Shown here: in pieces, positions 37,823 to 47,192 of the stretch
Numbering within the stretch: the stretch's first letter is position 1
Layout of the letters: each line of letters starts with the position of its first letter
Origin: an uncultured Rhodobacterales bacterium
GTDB lineage: Bacteria > Pseudomonadota > Alphaproteobacteria > Rhodobacterales > Rhodobacteraceae
Assembly (NCBI GenBank): GCA_963922515.1
Contig: CAWUIW010000001.1
Coordinates: 1-53,608 of the forward strand
Direction: 5' to 3'
Length of the DNA: 53,608 bases
Made by a program: the position numbers and the translations under genes
Notes under the pieces: generated by a model
The model's database searches: none
Seen by the model: the letters and a program-made list of their open reading frames with translations, nothing else
Told to the model about the DNA's origin: nothing

Positions 37823-39079
37823 TCACGCGGCGCCTTTGGTCACTGATCGCAACAAGTCCTGACCAAAGTCCTGCCAGGTTCTCAGTTGGTCGCGGTTTTC
37901 CGTGATCTTTGTCACCAGCGCTCGCCGCCAGTCAGTTTCCTGTGTCAGCCGTGTCAGAATGCCGGCCAACGAGCCATGATCGTGGACCGGAAAATATACA
38001 CCCAAGTCGCCACATACCTCGCGAAAAACGGGAATATCCGAGCAAATGGCAGGCGTGTTGAACCAAAGCGCCTCGGCCGCGGGCAGTCACCAGCCCTCGA
38101 TTTCACTGGGCAGAATGACAGCCCGCGCCGATGCATAAAGCGCGGCCAGATCTGATGCATTCGGGCTATCGATTTGCACTACATGTGGCTTGACCGCGGC
38201 CATCTCTGGTCTGTCCAAGAAGGACATCGTGCGTTTGCGGCGGCGACCTGCCAGCACCAGCGTAGGCATCGTACCGTTGGTCGTGGCAATGTTCGCCATG
38301 GCCAGGAGGACGACATTCAGATTTTTTCGGCCCAGGGCTGTACCGACCATCAGAATGTACGGTTGTTCCGGCAGCGTGATTTTGCGAGGATCATCGCCGG
38401 CACGAAACTCGTGGCCCAATTGTGCAACCGAAAGCCGCCGCGGCGTTACCAGAAAACCTTCGCCGGCAAAGCGTTCTATATCGGCGGCCGTCTGGTGTGA
38501 ATTGGCCACGATATGGGCTGAATGCTTCAGCACATAATTCGTATCGACGATGTAGTTGTCTTTGAACGCCTTGCTTTTTTCATGGGAATACAAAGGCATG
38601 ACGTCGTGAATGAAGGCGTGCAACTCTGTGCCTGCCCACTGCCGCAAACGCTCTGCCATCGCAACGATCAGCTTGGGTCGCGCGCAGGATACGAGCACGC
38701 CATTGGTCATATCAACCGGCGCAAAAGCCAAGCTCGACTGGTCCCAAACTTTTCGTTGCACGCGATCGGCCAACGCCCAAAACGGCCGCATCAACGTCCC
38801 AAGGATTGAGGATGAGTCTGTTGGGGTTCGCCGCATAAACTTCATTCGGCCTGCGTTGGGAACATTGAGCGCCACGCCGCCGTCAGCCTTGGCATCTGCC
38901 GAGGGAAACACCTCGAAAAAATCCCCATGGGCCTGCGAGAACGCCACGAAACGAACACCAATTTGTGCGCGATAGGCTTCGCGCGCACCTTCTGCAACAA
39001 CCTTTGCGACGCCGTAGTACGACTTGAAGCCGCCGGACAGATACAGAAGTTCTGTCAGATCATAGAAAAAAGGTTTCAT
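37823..39079 (-). pseudogene. GT4 (Glycos_transf_1) glycosyltransferase interrupted by one in-frame TGA (38087-38089)
   Basis: ORFs 38087..39079 and 37823..38005 are in the same frame (1257 nt = 419 codons). The minus strand reads ...CTG CCC AGT GAA ATC GAG GGC TGG TGA CTG CCC GCG GCC GAG GCG..., that is LPSEIEGW*LPAAEALWFNTP. The stop sits where the Gly of the E-G-(F/W)-G-L-P-x-x-E motif is expected. Confidence 0.8.
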
Positions 39080-39084
39080 ACCAA

Positions 39085-39906
39085 TCAGTATCGGCCATCC
39101 ACGTCAGTTTCTTCCACAGGCACGCGGTCGATCGCGTCGAGTTCCCATCGCTTGGCTTCAGTTAAAAAGGTGGTGATGGCTGCCTTGCGGGCCAAGATGA
39201 AACCGGCCCAGCCGTTTCTCCAAAACCCGTAGTGTATGTAGTTTCGCAAAAACGCGGCCACGGGCGATAACAGCATGCGCAGTGGGCGGGCTGGCGCTCC
39301 GGCGTCTTTTTTCATACGTGCTTTTAGGGTGGAGTAGGTGTTGTCCTTGGAGATTAGTGCATCAAACATCAGCCCCTTGAAGTGGAGCAATCCGCCATCC
39401 ACCCATTTTTCGACAGGGTCAGATGTGTACACGCCTTCATGTACGATCTCTTCGGGTTTGTATGCGCCGGTGCCGCGGCGAAACAGCCGCGTGCTGTAAT
39501 GGGCGCCTTGGCGCGGCAGCACCCACCCGTAGCCGATCAGGTATTCATATCGCTTGAAGGCATAAGCTTTCGATGTTGCCGCAATCAGGTCGGGCAGCGC
39601 CGCATGCAGCATGGGACTGGCTCTTTCGTCTGCGTCCACGTTCAGGCACCAGTCCTGCGTGCATTGGTCGAGAGCAAACTGCTTTTGCGCCGCATAGCCC
39701 CGCCATGGTTCTTCGATCAAGCGTATCGGCATACCGTCGGCGGCCATGGCACGGACTATTTCAAGCGTTCGATCGGCAGAGCCTGAATCAACTACGATGA
39801 TCTCGGCGCACATCGCCACATGCTTGAGGCAGTTTTCGATCACTGCCTCTTCGTCTTGGCAAATGATGTAGGCGGAAATGGGAAGCTTCGCTGTCAATTC
39901 GGTCAA
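39085..39906 (-). CDS. GT2-family glycosyltransferase
   Basis: Contains ISAYIICQDEEAVIENCL...IIVVDSGSADRTLEIV...NVDADE (DxD). The start is uncertain: TTG at 39906 or 39897, or an ATG at 39984 that would overlap the LuxR gene. Confidence 0.8.
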   Translation of the reverse strand: MTELTAKLPISAYIICQDEEAVIENCLKHVAMCAEIIVVDSGSADRTLEIVRAMAADGMPIRLIEEPWRGYAAQKQFALDQCTQDWCLNVDADERASPMLHAALPDLIAATSKAYAFKRYEYLIGYGWVLPRQGAHYSTRLFRRGTGAYKPEEIVHEGVYTSDPVEKWVDGGLLHFKGLMFDALISKDNTYSTLKARMKKDAGAPARPLRMLLSPVAAFLRNYIHYGFWRNGWAGFILARKAAITTFLTEAKRWELDAIDRVPVEETDVDGRY

Positions 39907-39907
39907 C

Positions 39908-40447
39908 TTAGTGCGCGTTCGGTTGCGTGTTTGTGTACACGCCTTGGCCCAGCTGATCCACCAGCGGATCCTGAAGGAGTTCATCAATGAAAAGGCTAAG
40001 CAGTTGCAAACGTCCGGACACCCCCGCCTTTTTGTAAACGGCGGCATTTTGCGCCTTCACCGTGCCTTCCTTGGTGTTGCGCACAGCCGCGATTTCGGCA
40101 ATGGAAAGGCCCTTGATTGCAAGCAGCGCGACATCGCGTTCGGACGTGCTGAGCTTCCATTCATCGAACTGTGCCTCGATCATTTCGGCAAAGGCCCCAG
40201 ACGCAATGTCAATCTGGCGACGCAATGCAGCTTCGCGCCGAGACAATTCGCGGATAAGCAGAAGCGTGGCGGCTACCCCGGCGATCAGCGCGAGGGACAT
40301 CAGCATTTCGAACCCGTCGATGCGCCGCAGGCCCGGCGCGTTTTCTAGCCCGAACCAATCCTTGATCGCATCAAACAAGAAAAAAACCGCGCAAATCGCC
40401 TGCACGGTGACCAAGGCCCAAAGCCAGTTTGCGCGCGGTTTGCGCAT
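39908..40447 (-). CDS. Membrane-anchored LuxR/GerE-family transcriptional regulator (two N-terminal TM helices)
   Basis: The ATG at 40447 is preceded by GGGAGGG. TM segments WLWALVTVQAICAVFFLF and MLMSLALIAGVAATLLLI. The C-terminal HTH is LSTSERDVALLAIKGLSIAEIAAVRNTKEGTVKAQNAAVYKK. Confidence 0.8.
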   Translation of the reverse strand: MRKPRANWLWALVTVQAICAVFFLFDAIKDWFGLENAPGLRRIDGFEMLMSLALIAGVAATLLLIRELSRREAALRRQIDIASGAFAEMIEAQFDEWKLSTSERDVALLAIKGLSIAEIAAVRNTKEGTVKAQNAAVYKKAGVSGRLQLLSLFIDELLQDPLVDQLGQGVYTNTQPNAH

Positions 40448-40502
40448 GTGCCCTCCCAATCCGGGCGAGCCAGGCCGTTTTATCGGCCCGGTGCCCAAGG
40501 AC

Positions 40503-40784
40503 CTAATCATCGTCTGTGTCGTCATCCTCGGTTTCGATACTCAGCAATACACCGTCTACGATCGCGAGTGTCAGTTCAGTTTCGACACCGTCGATTGAGA
40601 CTTCAACCTCAATCTCGCCGTCTTCGCGCTCGATCTCTTCTATCACGTAGCCCTTGGCTTCCACGGCTGCCCGGATTTCCTCGTCCGTCGTGCCCAGGCT
40701 GTCGCCCACAGTGAACTGTGCCATCGCCAGCGCAGGTACGGTTGCAATGAGACCGGTCAGCAGGATGGGTTTGATGTTTTTCAT
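40503..40784 (-). CDS. Secreted PepSY-domain protein
   Basis: Signal peptide MKNIKPILLTGLIATVPALAMA. The PepSY-like core is EEIRAAVEAKGYVIEEIEREDGEIEVEVSIDG, followed by an acidic tail. Confidence 0.7.
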   Translation of the reverse strand: MKNIKPILLTGLIATVPALAMAQFTVGDSLGTTDEEIRAAVEAKGYVIEEIEREDGEIEVEVSIDGVETELTLAIVDGVLLSIETEDDDTDDD

Positions 40785-40879
40785 AGCGTGTTCCTTTCAC
40801 ATGTTGCCGCGTTGGTGCGGTGCCCATGATCTGAGAACAGACCGCCTATCTTACGATTGGATTTTGGGTGAAATGGGCC

Positions 40880-40900
40880 GATTACGACCAATGATTACGA
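40880..40900. promoter_or_regulatory. Direct repeat GATTACGA-ccaat-GATTACGA upstream of the PepSY/LuxR/GT unit
   Basis: The exact 8-mer occurs at 40880-40887 and 40893-40900 (13-bp period). A third TTACGA is at 40851-40856. The repeat lies between the pnp terminator and the PepSY start. Confidence 0.25.
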
Positions 40901-40901
40901 A

Positions 40902-40954
40902 GAAACCCCGGCTTTTGCCGGGGTTTCCAACGAGATTTCGGGTCAGGCCCGAAA
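40902..40954 (-). terminator. Two hairpins downstream of pnp (probable terminator)
   Basis: On the minus strand, ATTTCGGGCCTGACCCGAAAT is followed by GAAACCCCGGCAAAAGCCGGGGTTTC and then TTCGTAAT. The U tract is weak. Confidence 0.6.
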
Positions 40955-40963
40955 TGCGGCGGA

Positions 40964-43111
40964 TCAGTCGTCTGCCGCTTGCTCTTTTTTCTCTTCTTTT
41001 GCGATCTCTTCGCCGGTTTCCTGATCGACCACCTTCATCGACAGGCGCACTTTGCCACGATCGTCAAAGCCCAAAAGCTTGACCTTCACGTCCTGACCTT
41101 CTTTCAGAACATCCGACGGGTGGTTCAGGCGGCGGTTCTCGATCTGGCTCACATGCACCAGTCCGTCACGCTTGCCAAAGAAGTTCACGAACGCGCCGAA
41201 ATCGACGATCTTCACAACCTTGCCGGTGTAGATCATGCCTTCTTCTGGTTCCGCCACGATCGAATAGATCATGTCGTACGCTTTTTTGATCGACTCGCCA
41301 TCGGGCGATGCGATCTTGATCACGCCATCATCGTTGATGTCGACCTTGGCGCCAGAAGATTCCACGATTTCGCGGATGACTTTGCCGCCCGAGCCGATCA
41401 CTTCGCGGATCTTGTCGGTTGGGATGTTCATGGTTTCAATGCGCGGAGCATGGACCGAGAACGCGTTGGTTTCCGACAGGGCCTTGGCCATTTCGCCCAG
41501 AATATGCATCCGGCCATCCTTGGCTTGTGCAAGTGCCTTCTCCATGATCTGGGGCGTGATACCTGCGACCTTGATGTCCATCTGCAGCGAGGTGATACCG
41601 TTTTCGGTACCCGCGACTTTGAAGTCCATGTCGCCCAGGTGATCTTCATCACCCAGAATGTCGGTCAAAACCGCGTAAGAGCCGTCATCTTCCAGGATCA
41701 GACCCATCGCAACACCGGCCACCGGGGCTGAGAGCGGCACGCCTGCGTCCATCATGGACAGCGACCCGCCACAGACCGACGCCATGGAGGAAGAGCCGTT
41801 TGATTCCGTGATTTCCGACACGACGCGCACGGTGTACGGGAAATCCGTTGGCGCTGGCAGGACCGCCTGCAGCGCACGCCATGCCAACTTGCCGTGGCCG
41901 ATTTCACGGCGACCCGGCGACCCGACGCGGCCCACTTCGCCGACCGAGTAGGGCGGGAAGTTGTAGTGCAACAGAAAGTTCGATTTGAAGTTGCCGTGCA
42001 GTGCATCGATGAACTGTTCGTCATCGCCGGTGCCCAAGGTGGTTACGACCAAGCCCTGGGTTTCACCGCGCGTGAACAGGGCCGAACCATGTGTGCGCGG
42101 GAGCAGACCGGTTTCTGCCACGATTGCGCGAACGTCCGATGTGGACCGACCATCGATCCGCTTGCCACCCTTGACGACATCACCGCGCAGAATGCCGGCT
42201 TCCAGCTTCTTCATCGCCGAACCGAGGTTGGCGTCAGAGGCTTGCTCTTCTGTCAGAGCGGTCAGGATCGCTTCGCGAGCAGCGGAAACCGCGCTGGTGC
42301 GGTCTTGTTTGTCCGTGATGGCAAAGGCGGCACGCATTTGCTCTTCGCCGGCCGATTTCACGGCTTCATACAGCTCGGAATAGTCCGGTGGGCTGAAGTC
42401 GAATGGCTCGCTTGCCGCGTCTTCGGCCAGGTCGATGATCAGGTCAATGACCGGTTGGATTTGCTCGTGCGCAAACGTGACCGCGCCCAACATCTCGGCT
42501 TCGGTCAATTCGTAAGCTTCCGATTCCACCATCATGACAGCGTCTTTGGTGCCGGCGACGACAAGGTCGAGACGCTGTTCAGGGTTCAGGCGCAGGTCCT
42601 GCATGTCGTCAACAGACGGGTTCAGTGTGTACTCGCCGTTGACAAAGCCGACGCGCGCGCCTGCGATCGGGCCCATGAACGGGGCGCCCGAGATGGTCAA
42701 AGCCGCCGATGCCGCAATCATGGCGACAATGTCCGGGTCATTGACCAGATCGTGGCTGAGCACGGTGCACATGACCAGAACTTCATTTTTGAAACCGGGC
42801 ACGAACAAGGGCCGGATTGGGCGGTCGATCAGGCGGGCGGTCAGCGTTTCCTTTTCGGTCGGACGCGCCTCTCGCTTGAAAAAGCCGCCCGGGATTTTGC
42901 CGGCGGCATAGTATTTTTCCTGGTAGTGTACCGTCAGAGGGAAAAATTCTTGCCCTTCTTTCATGGACTTGGCGAATGTCACGTTGGCCATGACACTGGT
43001 TTCGCCCAAAGTTGCGATGACAGAGCCATCGGCTTGGCGGGCAACCTTGCCCGTTTCCAGTGTGAGCGTTTCATTGCCCCACTGCATCGTTTTCGTCGTT
43101 TGATTGAACAT
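40964..43111 (-). CDS. pnp: Polyribonucleotide nucleotidyltransferase (PNPase)
   Basis: 715 aa, beginning [12 protein letters not shown]. Two RNase PH domains, then a KH domain ([15 protein letters not shown]) and an S1 domain ([15 protein letters not shown]). Confidence 0.97.
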   Translation of the reverse strand: MFNQTTKTMQWGNETLTLETGKVARQADGSVIATLGETSVMANVTFAKSMKEGQEFFPLTVHYQEKYYAAGKIPGGFFKREARPTEKETLTARLIDRPIRPLFVPGFKNEVLVMCTVLSHDLVNDPDIVAMIAASAALTISGAPFMGPIAGARVGFVNGEYTLNPSVDDMQDLRLNPEQRLDLVVAGTKDAVMMVESEAYELTEAEMLGAVTFAHEQIQPVIDLIIDLAEDAASEPFDFSPPDYSELYEAVKSAGEEQMRAAFAITDKQDRTSAVSAAREAILTALTEEQASDANLGSAMKKLEAGILRGDVVKGGKRIDGRSTSDVRAIVAETGLLPRTHGSALFTRGETQGLVVTTLGTGDDEQFIDALHGNFKSNFLLHYNFPPYSVGEVGRVGSPGRREIGHGKLAWRALQAVLPAPTDFPYTVRVVSEITESNGSSSMASVCGGSLSMMDAGVPLSAPVAGVAMGLILEDDGSYAVLTDILGDEDHLGDMDFKVAGTENGITSLQMDIKVAGITPQIMEKALAQAKDGRMHILGEMAKALSETNAFSVHAPRIETMNIPTDKIREVIGSGGKVIREIVESSGAKVDINDDGVIKIASPDGESIKKAYDMIYSIVAEPEEGMIYTGKVVKIVDFGAFVNFFGKRDGLVHVSQIENRRLNHPSDVLKEGQDVKVKLLGFDDRGKVRLSMKVVDQETGEEIAKEEKKEQAADD

Positions 43112-43403
43112 CTATCGTTTCCTGTGTGGAAGCACTCCCGGGCGTATCCCGGGTCTCCCGTTGAAATGGCGGCCCCATTGCCGCCGACCCGCTATCTATC
43201 TTTCTTTCGAGCGCCAGGGTCCATGGCGCAACGTCTCAGATGGCGCCCGCGTATACCAATTTTTGCCGATTGGAAAGGGAGGATGATCTGGGTCATACAG
43301 GCGCCGTATCGCAACCGCTTGGAAACATGTTGCGAATTACTGGCATAGTGGTCTTGTTTCGACACAACGCCAAGCCGGAAAGGGCCGAAAGGGCACACAT
43401 AAG

Positions 43404-44108
43404 TTGATACGAATTTTTGCTTTTTTGGCTGCCGCCTTGGCCTTTCTGATCGGTTGTGCGGCCGCGCCTCCGTCGGACATCAGCGCGCCCCGGATCCTTG
43501 TGATGGGGGACTCGCTGATGGCTTGGCATGGGTCCAGTGGCCGTTCCATTTCGCACGTGATGTCGCGTGCGCTGAACGAGCCGGTTCAAAACAACGCCGT
43601 GAGCGGCGCGCGGATCATCTATAGTTTTCCAGTTTCCGGCGCGTTGGGGCTTCGGATATCCAATCAACTGACCGGAGATAGCTGGGACTGGGTGGTCTTG
43701 AATGGCGGGGGCAACGACTTGTGGTGGGGTTGCGGATGCGGACGTTGCGAACGCAGATTGAACCAGATGATTTCCAGCGATGGATCCGATGGCCACATAC
43801 CCGATTTGATCGCAGATCTGCAAAGGCGCGGCGCACGCGTTGTTTATGTGGGTTATCTGCGACACCCCGGCAATGTGTCCCTTGTCAGCAATTGCAAGGC
43901 GGCCGGGGACCAGTTGGATTCACGGATTGCCAAGCTGGCCAGTATTCAGGCGGACGTGTACTTTCTGTCAAATGCAGACCGTGTTCCATATGGCGACAGG
44001 TCCTATCATGCCGCGGACATGATCCATCCAAGCCTGAAGGCCAGCGCAGAAATCGGTCGCGACATCGCCCGATTGATCGCGCAAGTCGAGGCCGAAGAGG
44101 TAGATTGA
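43404..44108 (+). CDS. SGNH/GDSL-family hydrolase lipoprotein
   Basis: TTG start. Lipobox FLIGC, the VMGDSL block I serine, and LNGGGND block III. Confidence 0.78.
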   Translation: MIRIFAFLAAALAFLIGCAAAPPSDISAPRILVMGDSLMAWHGSSGRSISHVMSRALNEPVQNNAVSGARIIYSFPVSGALGLRISNQLTGDSWDWVVLNGGGNDLWWGCGCGRCERRLNQMISSDGSDGHIPDLIADLQRRGARVVYVGYLRHPGNVSLVSNCKAAGDQLDSRIAKLASIQADVYFLSNADRVPYGDRSYHAADMIHPSLKASAEIGRDIARLIAQVEAEEVD

Positions 44109-44147
44109 GATAAAGGGACGCCAAATCGGCTTCCGCGTGACCTACTC

Positions 44148-44182
44148 AAAAAAGAAAAACGCCCACAAAAACATGTGGGCGT
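44148..44182 (-). terminator. Rho-independent terminator of rpsO (possibly bidirectional)
   Basis: On the minus strand, ACGCCCACA-tgtttt-TGTGGGCGT followed by TTTTCTTTTTTGAG, 26 nt after the rpsO stop. Confidence 0.8.
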
Positions 44183-44207
44183 TCGTTCAAAATGCAGGGG
44201 TTCGCGA

Positions 44208-44477
44208 TCAGCGACGCAAGCCAAGACGCTTGATCAGGTCCTGATAGCGCGCTTCGTCCTTACCTTTGAGATAGTCGAGCAGCTTCCGGCGCTGGGCCAC
44301 CATCTTCAACAGACCGCGGCGACCGTGATTGTCTTTCTTGTGGGTCTTGAAGTGTTCGGTCAAAGTCGCAATGCGTGAGCTTAGAATGGCAACTTGTACT
44401 TCGGGCGAGCCAGTGTCGCCGTCCTTGGTGCCAAATTCTTTCATCACGCGTGTTTTTTCTTCAGCAGTGATCGACAT
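44208..44477 (-). CDS. rpsO: 30S ribosomal protein S15
   Basis: Begins [36 protein letters not shown] and continues to [15 protein letters not shown]. Confidence 0.97.
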   Translation of the reverse strand: MSITAEEKTRVMKEFGTKDGDTGSPEVQVAILSSRIATLTEHFKTHKKDNHGRRGLLKMVAQRRKLLDYLKGKDEARYQDLIKRLGLRR

Positions 44478-44650
44478 CGGGGTCTCCTTTGAAAGCTAGC
44501 GTTAATGGCGCAGGCCGGGATGTCGTCCAGCACAGGCCCGTGGAGAGATTTGCCGGCGGTCTCGCATGCACGATTCCGCCAGAGTGGGCTGCGTATAGAG
44601 GTATTGGAGAAGATTGAAAAGGGCCGTCAGAACTTTGGCACCAGCTTGGG

Positions 44651-45619
44651 CTATGCTGCGCTTTGCACGGTTACATCAAGGTCAAGACTGTTCAGAACAA
44701 CGATGTCGTCTGCCGTCAGTCCGGTGGTGTCTGACAGTGTCAGAACGGCCTCTCCGTTGATCAGAATTTCGGATCCGCCCGTTTCTGTATGCACGACTTC
44801 AATAGTGGGATCAGGATCAGTTTCCAGATCCCACATCACGACAAGCTGATCTTCCCCGGCATCAAAGTCCACCATGCTTGTTACTGTTTCGGCACCCGTC
44901 AACCAGTCACCCAGAACGATTTGGTCTGCGCCGGTCCCGGCGGTCACGACATCGCCAGCCCCCGCTGTAATCGTATCGTCGCCCTGACCGCCGTTCAGAT
45001 AATCCAGCGCCGTGTCATCTGCGCCCAAGATTACGTCGTCGCCAGCCCCGCCGAACAGCGTGTCTTCGCCGGCCCCGCCTGACAACGTATCATCATCCAG
45101 ACCACCATGCAGGGCATCGTCGCCAGTGCCGCCATTCAGGTCATCATTTCCGGCGGACCCATTGAGCGTATCGTCATTCTCTCCGCCGGTAAGCGTGTCA
45201 CTGCCATTGTGGCCGAAGAGAGAGTCATCTCCGGTGCCACCTTCAAGAACATCCGCCCCGTCGTTGCCGTGCAGTGTGTCGTCGCCCGCATCGCCCAAAA
45301 GCGTATCGTTTCCGTCGCCCCCATAGAGAACGTCTTGACCTGCGCCCCCGGTCACTACGTCATCGCCGGCGTAGCCATTCATCTGATCGTCGCCATCCAA
45401 ACCGGACAGCAGATCGCCATTTTCTGTTCCTGAAAGGATGTCCGCGCCGCCTGTGCCCAGAATGCCAAAGTCACTGCCTGTGTCCGGCGTTTCGTGATCC
45501 TCAAAGCCATCACCGGCGCCGTCGGACATGTCGACCTCGTCTTCTTCGCCGTCGCCTAAACCGACAAATGCCGCTGCCCCCATCGCGACAAGGCCAAGCA
45601 TTCCAGCCAATAAAAACAT
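44651..45619 (-). CDS. Hemolysin-type calcium-binding (RTX nonapeptide repeat) protein with an N-terminal TM segment
   Basis: The N-terminus [21 protein letters not shown] is followed by about 17 GGxGxDxLx-type repeats (for example [28 protein letters not shown]). Confidence 0.85.
   Translation of the reverse strand: MFLLAGMLGLVAMGAAAFVGLGDGEEDEVDMSDGAGDGFEDHETPDTGSDFGILGTGGADILSGTENGDLLSGLDGDDQMNGYAGDDVVTGGAGQDVLYGGDGNDTLLGDAGDDTLHGNDGADVLEGGTGDDSLFGHNGSDTLTGGENDDTLNGSAGNDDLNGGTGDDALHGGLDDDTLSGGAGEDTLFGGAGDDVILGADDTALDYLNGGQGDDTITAGAGDVVTAGTGADQIVLGDWLTGAETVTSMVDFDAGEDQLVVMWDLETDPDPTIEVVHTETGGSEILINGEAVLTLSDTTGLTADDIVVLNSLDLDVTVQSAA
44921..45454 (-). repeat. Degenerate 27-nt periodic coding repeats (RTX nonapeptides)
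   Basis: Corresponds to residues about 66-243 of the RTX protein. The repeats also produce long spurious ORFs on the opposite strand and in other frames. Confidence 0.7.
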
Positions 45620-45706
45620 GTACCCGCCTGCATTTCTCAGGCCCACCAACCCAAATCACATATCGCCGGGTTAGCCCGGCCGGTCAAAGCCAATCGGATC
45701 AGATGG

Positions 45707-46216
45707 TTAACGGGCCCACGGTTCCGGTTGCTGCGTGTACGGGATGTACAACGGGTGTTTTGGGTGGCCCATTTTGCTCAGACCAAGGTGAAACAGTTGA
45801 GTCCCCGCCGCGCGCAGCAATGCCTCTACTTGCGGACCTCGGTCCAGATGTTCGCCGTGGGTGCCCCACGCGCAAATCACCTGATCGGCCCAATCCGCCG
45901 CGGCCAGAATAGCGGTATCATTTTCCGGTCCAACAGGATCGCAAGCGGCGCGCATATTGCGCGGGTCCGTATCGCGCCAAGCAAAGATGTTTGTGACCTG
46001 AAATGCACCGAACCCAAGCGCGCGCGCCCGACGCTCGCACCGCTCGACCGTTGGATCATTTTGAACTTCGGTTGCGGTGGACGGGTTCAGCATGACAAAG
46101 GTGGCGCGTTGTCCGGTTGCATCCCAGGTTCTGACCAGGCTGTAGCGATATCGTTCGCAATCAGAGTAAACTGCCACCGATGGCGCATCGCCCTTTGTAT
46201 GGCTTTTGGTGATCAT
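45707..46216 (-). CDS. DUF1643-family protein
   Basis: Contains [10 protein letters not shown]...FVMLNPSTA...NIFAWR...ICAWG...HPLY, the pattern I associate with DUF1643. The ATG overlaps the truB stop (ATGA). Confidence 0.75.
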   Translation of the reverse strand: MITKSHTKGDAPSVAVYSDCERYRYSLVRTWDATGQRATFVMLNPSTATEVQNDPTVERCERRARALGFGAFQVTNIFAWRDTDPRNMRAACDPVGPENDTAILAAADWADQVICAWGTHGEHLDRGPQVEALLRAAGTQLFHLGLSKMGHPKHPLYIPYTQQPEPWAR

Positions 46217-47118
46217 GTCTGCGCTTTGAAAACGCGGTTTGGATGCAGCTCACCCGCGCGGTAAACGCCAATTGCGACCGCCCGGTCGTCTTGGGCAGCC
46301 CAACATGTATCGCCATAGGCCACCTCCGAACACAGGACTTGTGCCGGGTTGCCGTTGCGCAATCGGGCTGCGCTTTCTGGCGGGCAGTGCGCCTTGGCAA
46401 GGGATGCCAATCCGGTTTCCAATGGCAAGAGCAAGGTGTCAAGTTCTGGTGATTTTGCGCGCTCTTCTACGGTTTCCAACGCAACCGCCGTATCGACATG
46501 AAAAGGCCCCGACCATATGCGGCGCAGCTGGGTCACATGGCCGAGGCATCCCAAGGCTGCCCCAAGATCCCGCGCGATAGACCGAACATAGCCCCCTTTG
46601 CCACATGTCAATTCAAACACCGCATGGTCTGGATCCGGCCGATCCACCAAAAGCAGTTCTTCGACCCAAAGCGGTCGGGCTGACAAGTTCAGATCCTCGC
46701 CGTCGCGGGCCCGCTTGTATGCGCGCTCCCCATCGACCTTCACTGCAGAGAATGCAGGCGGGACTTGCATGATATCGCCGACAAACGGACCAACGGCCGT
46801 TTTGATCTCGTCATCGCTTGGGCGCGCATCGGACCGTTCAATCACGGACCCTTCGGCGTCATCTGTGTTCGTCGCTTCGCCCCATCGAACCGTGAAACGG
46901 TAAGCTTTCAACGAGTCCGTGACAAATGGAATGGTTTTTGTGGCGTCGCCCAGAGCGATTGCCAAAACGCCGGTTGCTTCAGGGTCCAACGTACCGGCAT
47001 GGCCGGCCTTCTTGGCCCCAAAGGCCCATCGCACCTTGTTGACGACCGCGGTGGATGTGGGGCCCGCTGGCTTGTCGACGACCAGCCAACCTGAGATATC
47101 CCGACCTTTGCGTGCCAT
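46213..47118 (-). CDS. truB: tRNA pseudouridine(55) synthase
   Basis: Contains [13 protein letters not shown]...GHAGTLDP (catalytic Asp)...[11 protein letters not shown]. Confidence 0.95.
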   Translation of the reverse strand: MARKGRDISGWLVVDKPAGPTSTAVVNKVRWAFGAKKAGHAGTLDPEATGVLAIALGDATKTIPFVTDSLKAYRFTVRWGEATNTDDAEGSVIERSDARPSDDEIKTAVGPFVGDIMQVPPAFSAVKVDGERAYKRARDGEDLNLSARPLWVEELLLVDRPDPDHAVFELTCGKGGYVRSIARDLGAALGCLGHVTQLRRIWSGPFHVDTAVALETVEERAKSPELDTLLLPLETGLASLAKAHCPPESAARLRNGNPAQVLCSEVAYGDTCWAAQDDRAVAIGVYRAGELHPNRVFKAQT

Positions 47119-47192
47119 GATCCGTCTCGAGTGTGGAAAAGAAGCCGTTAGTTATGTCAGCCCATCGAACCCGTCAACGGGTCAGAAATCGA

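Noticed and set aside
37812-37841. 11-bp-stem hairpin GACCAAAGGCG/CGCCTTTGGTC between the peroxiredoxin and GT4 genes, as a possible bidirectional terminator
   Set aside because: No U-tract follows on either strand, and the right arm and loop encode the GT4 C-terminus and stop. It may still aid termination, but I cannot support the call.
38087-38089. The TGA in the GT4 gene read as selenocysteine or programmed recoding
   Set aside because: The codon replaces an invariant glycine of the EX7E motif, where selenocysteine has no precedent. I see no convincing SECIS-like hairpin directly downstream. A nonsense mutation or a sequencing error is more parsimonious.
40379-40446. Inverted repeat AAACCGCGC...GCGCGGTTT followed by a U-run inside the 5-prime end of the LuxR coding region (possible attenuator)
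   Set aside because: The loop would be about 32 nt. The T-run simply encodes the Phe-rich TM helix (VFFLFD). The pattern is explained by the coding sequence.
41894-43348. 484-aa plus-strand ORF opposite pnp
   Set aside because: It is antisense to PNPase, which is unambiguous. I saw no motifs in it, and it extends into the pnp leader.
43192-43398. 68-aa minus-strand ORF in the pnp leader
   Set aside because: It has no RBS, a Cys/Arg-rich composition, and lies in a region better explained as a structured 5-prime UTR and promoter for pnp.
44921-45454. Periodic DNA repeats that could be mistaken for a CRISPR array or a satellite
   Set aside because: The period is 27 nt and degenerate, there are no unique spacers, and the repeats translate cleanly into RTX nonapeptides within one long ORF.
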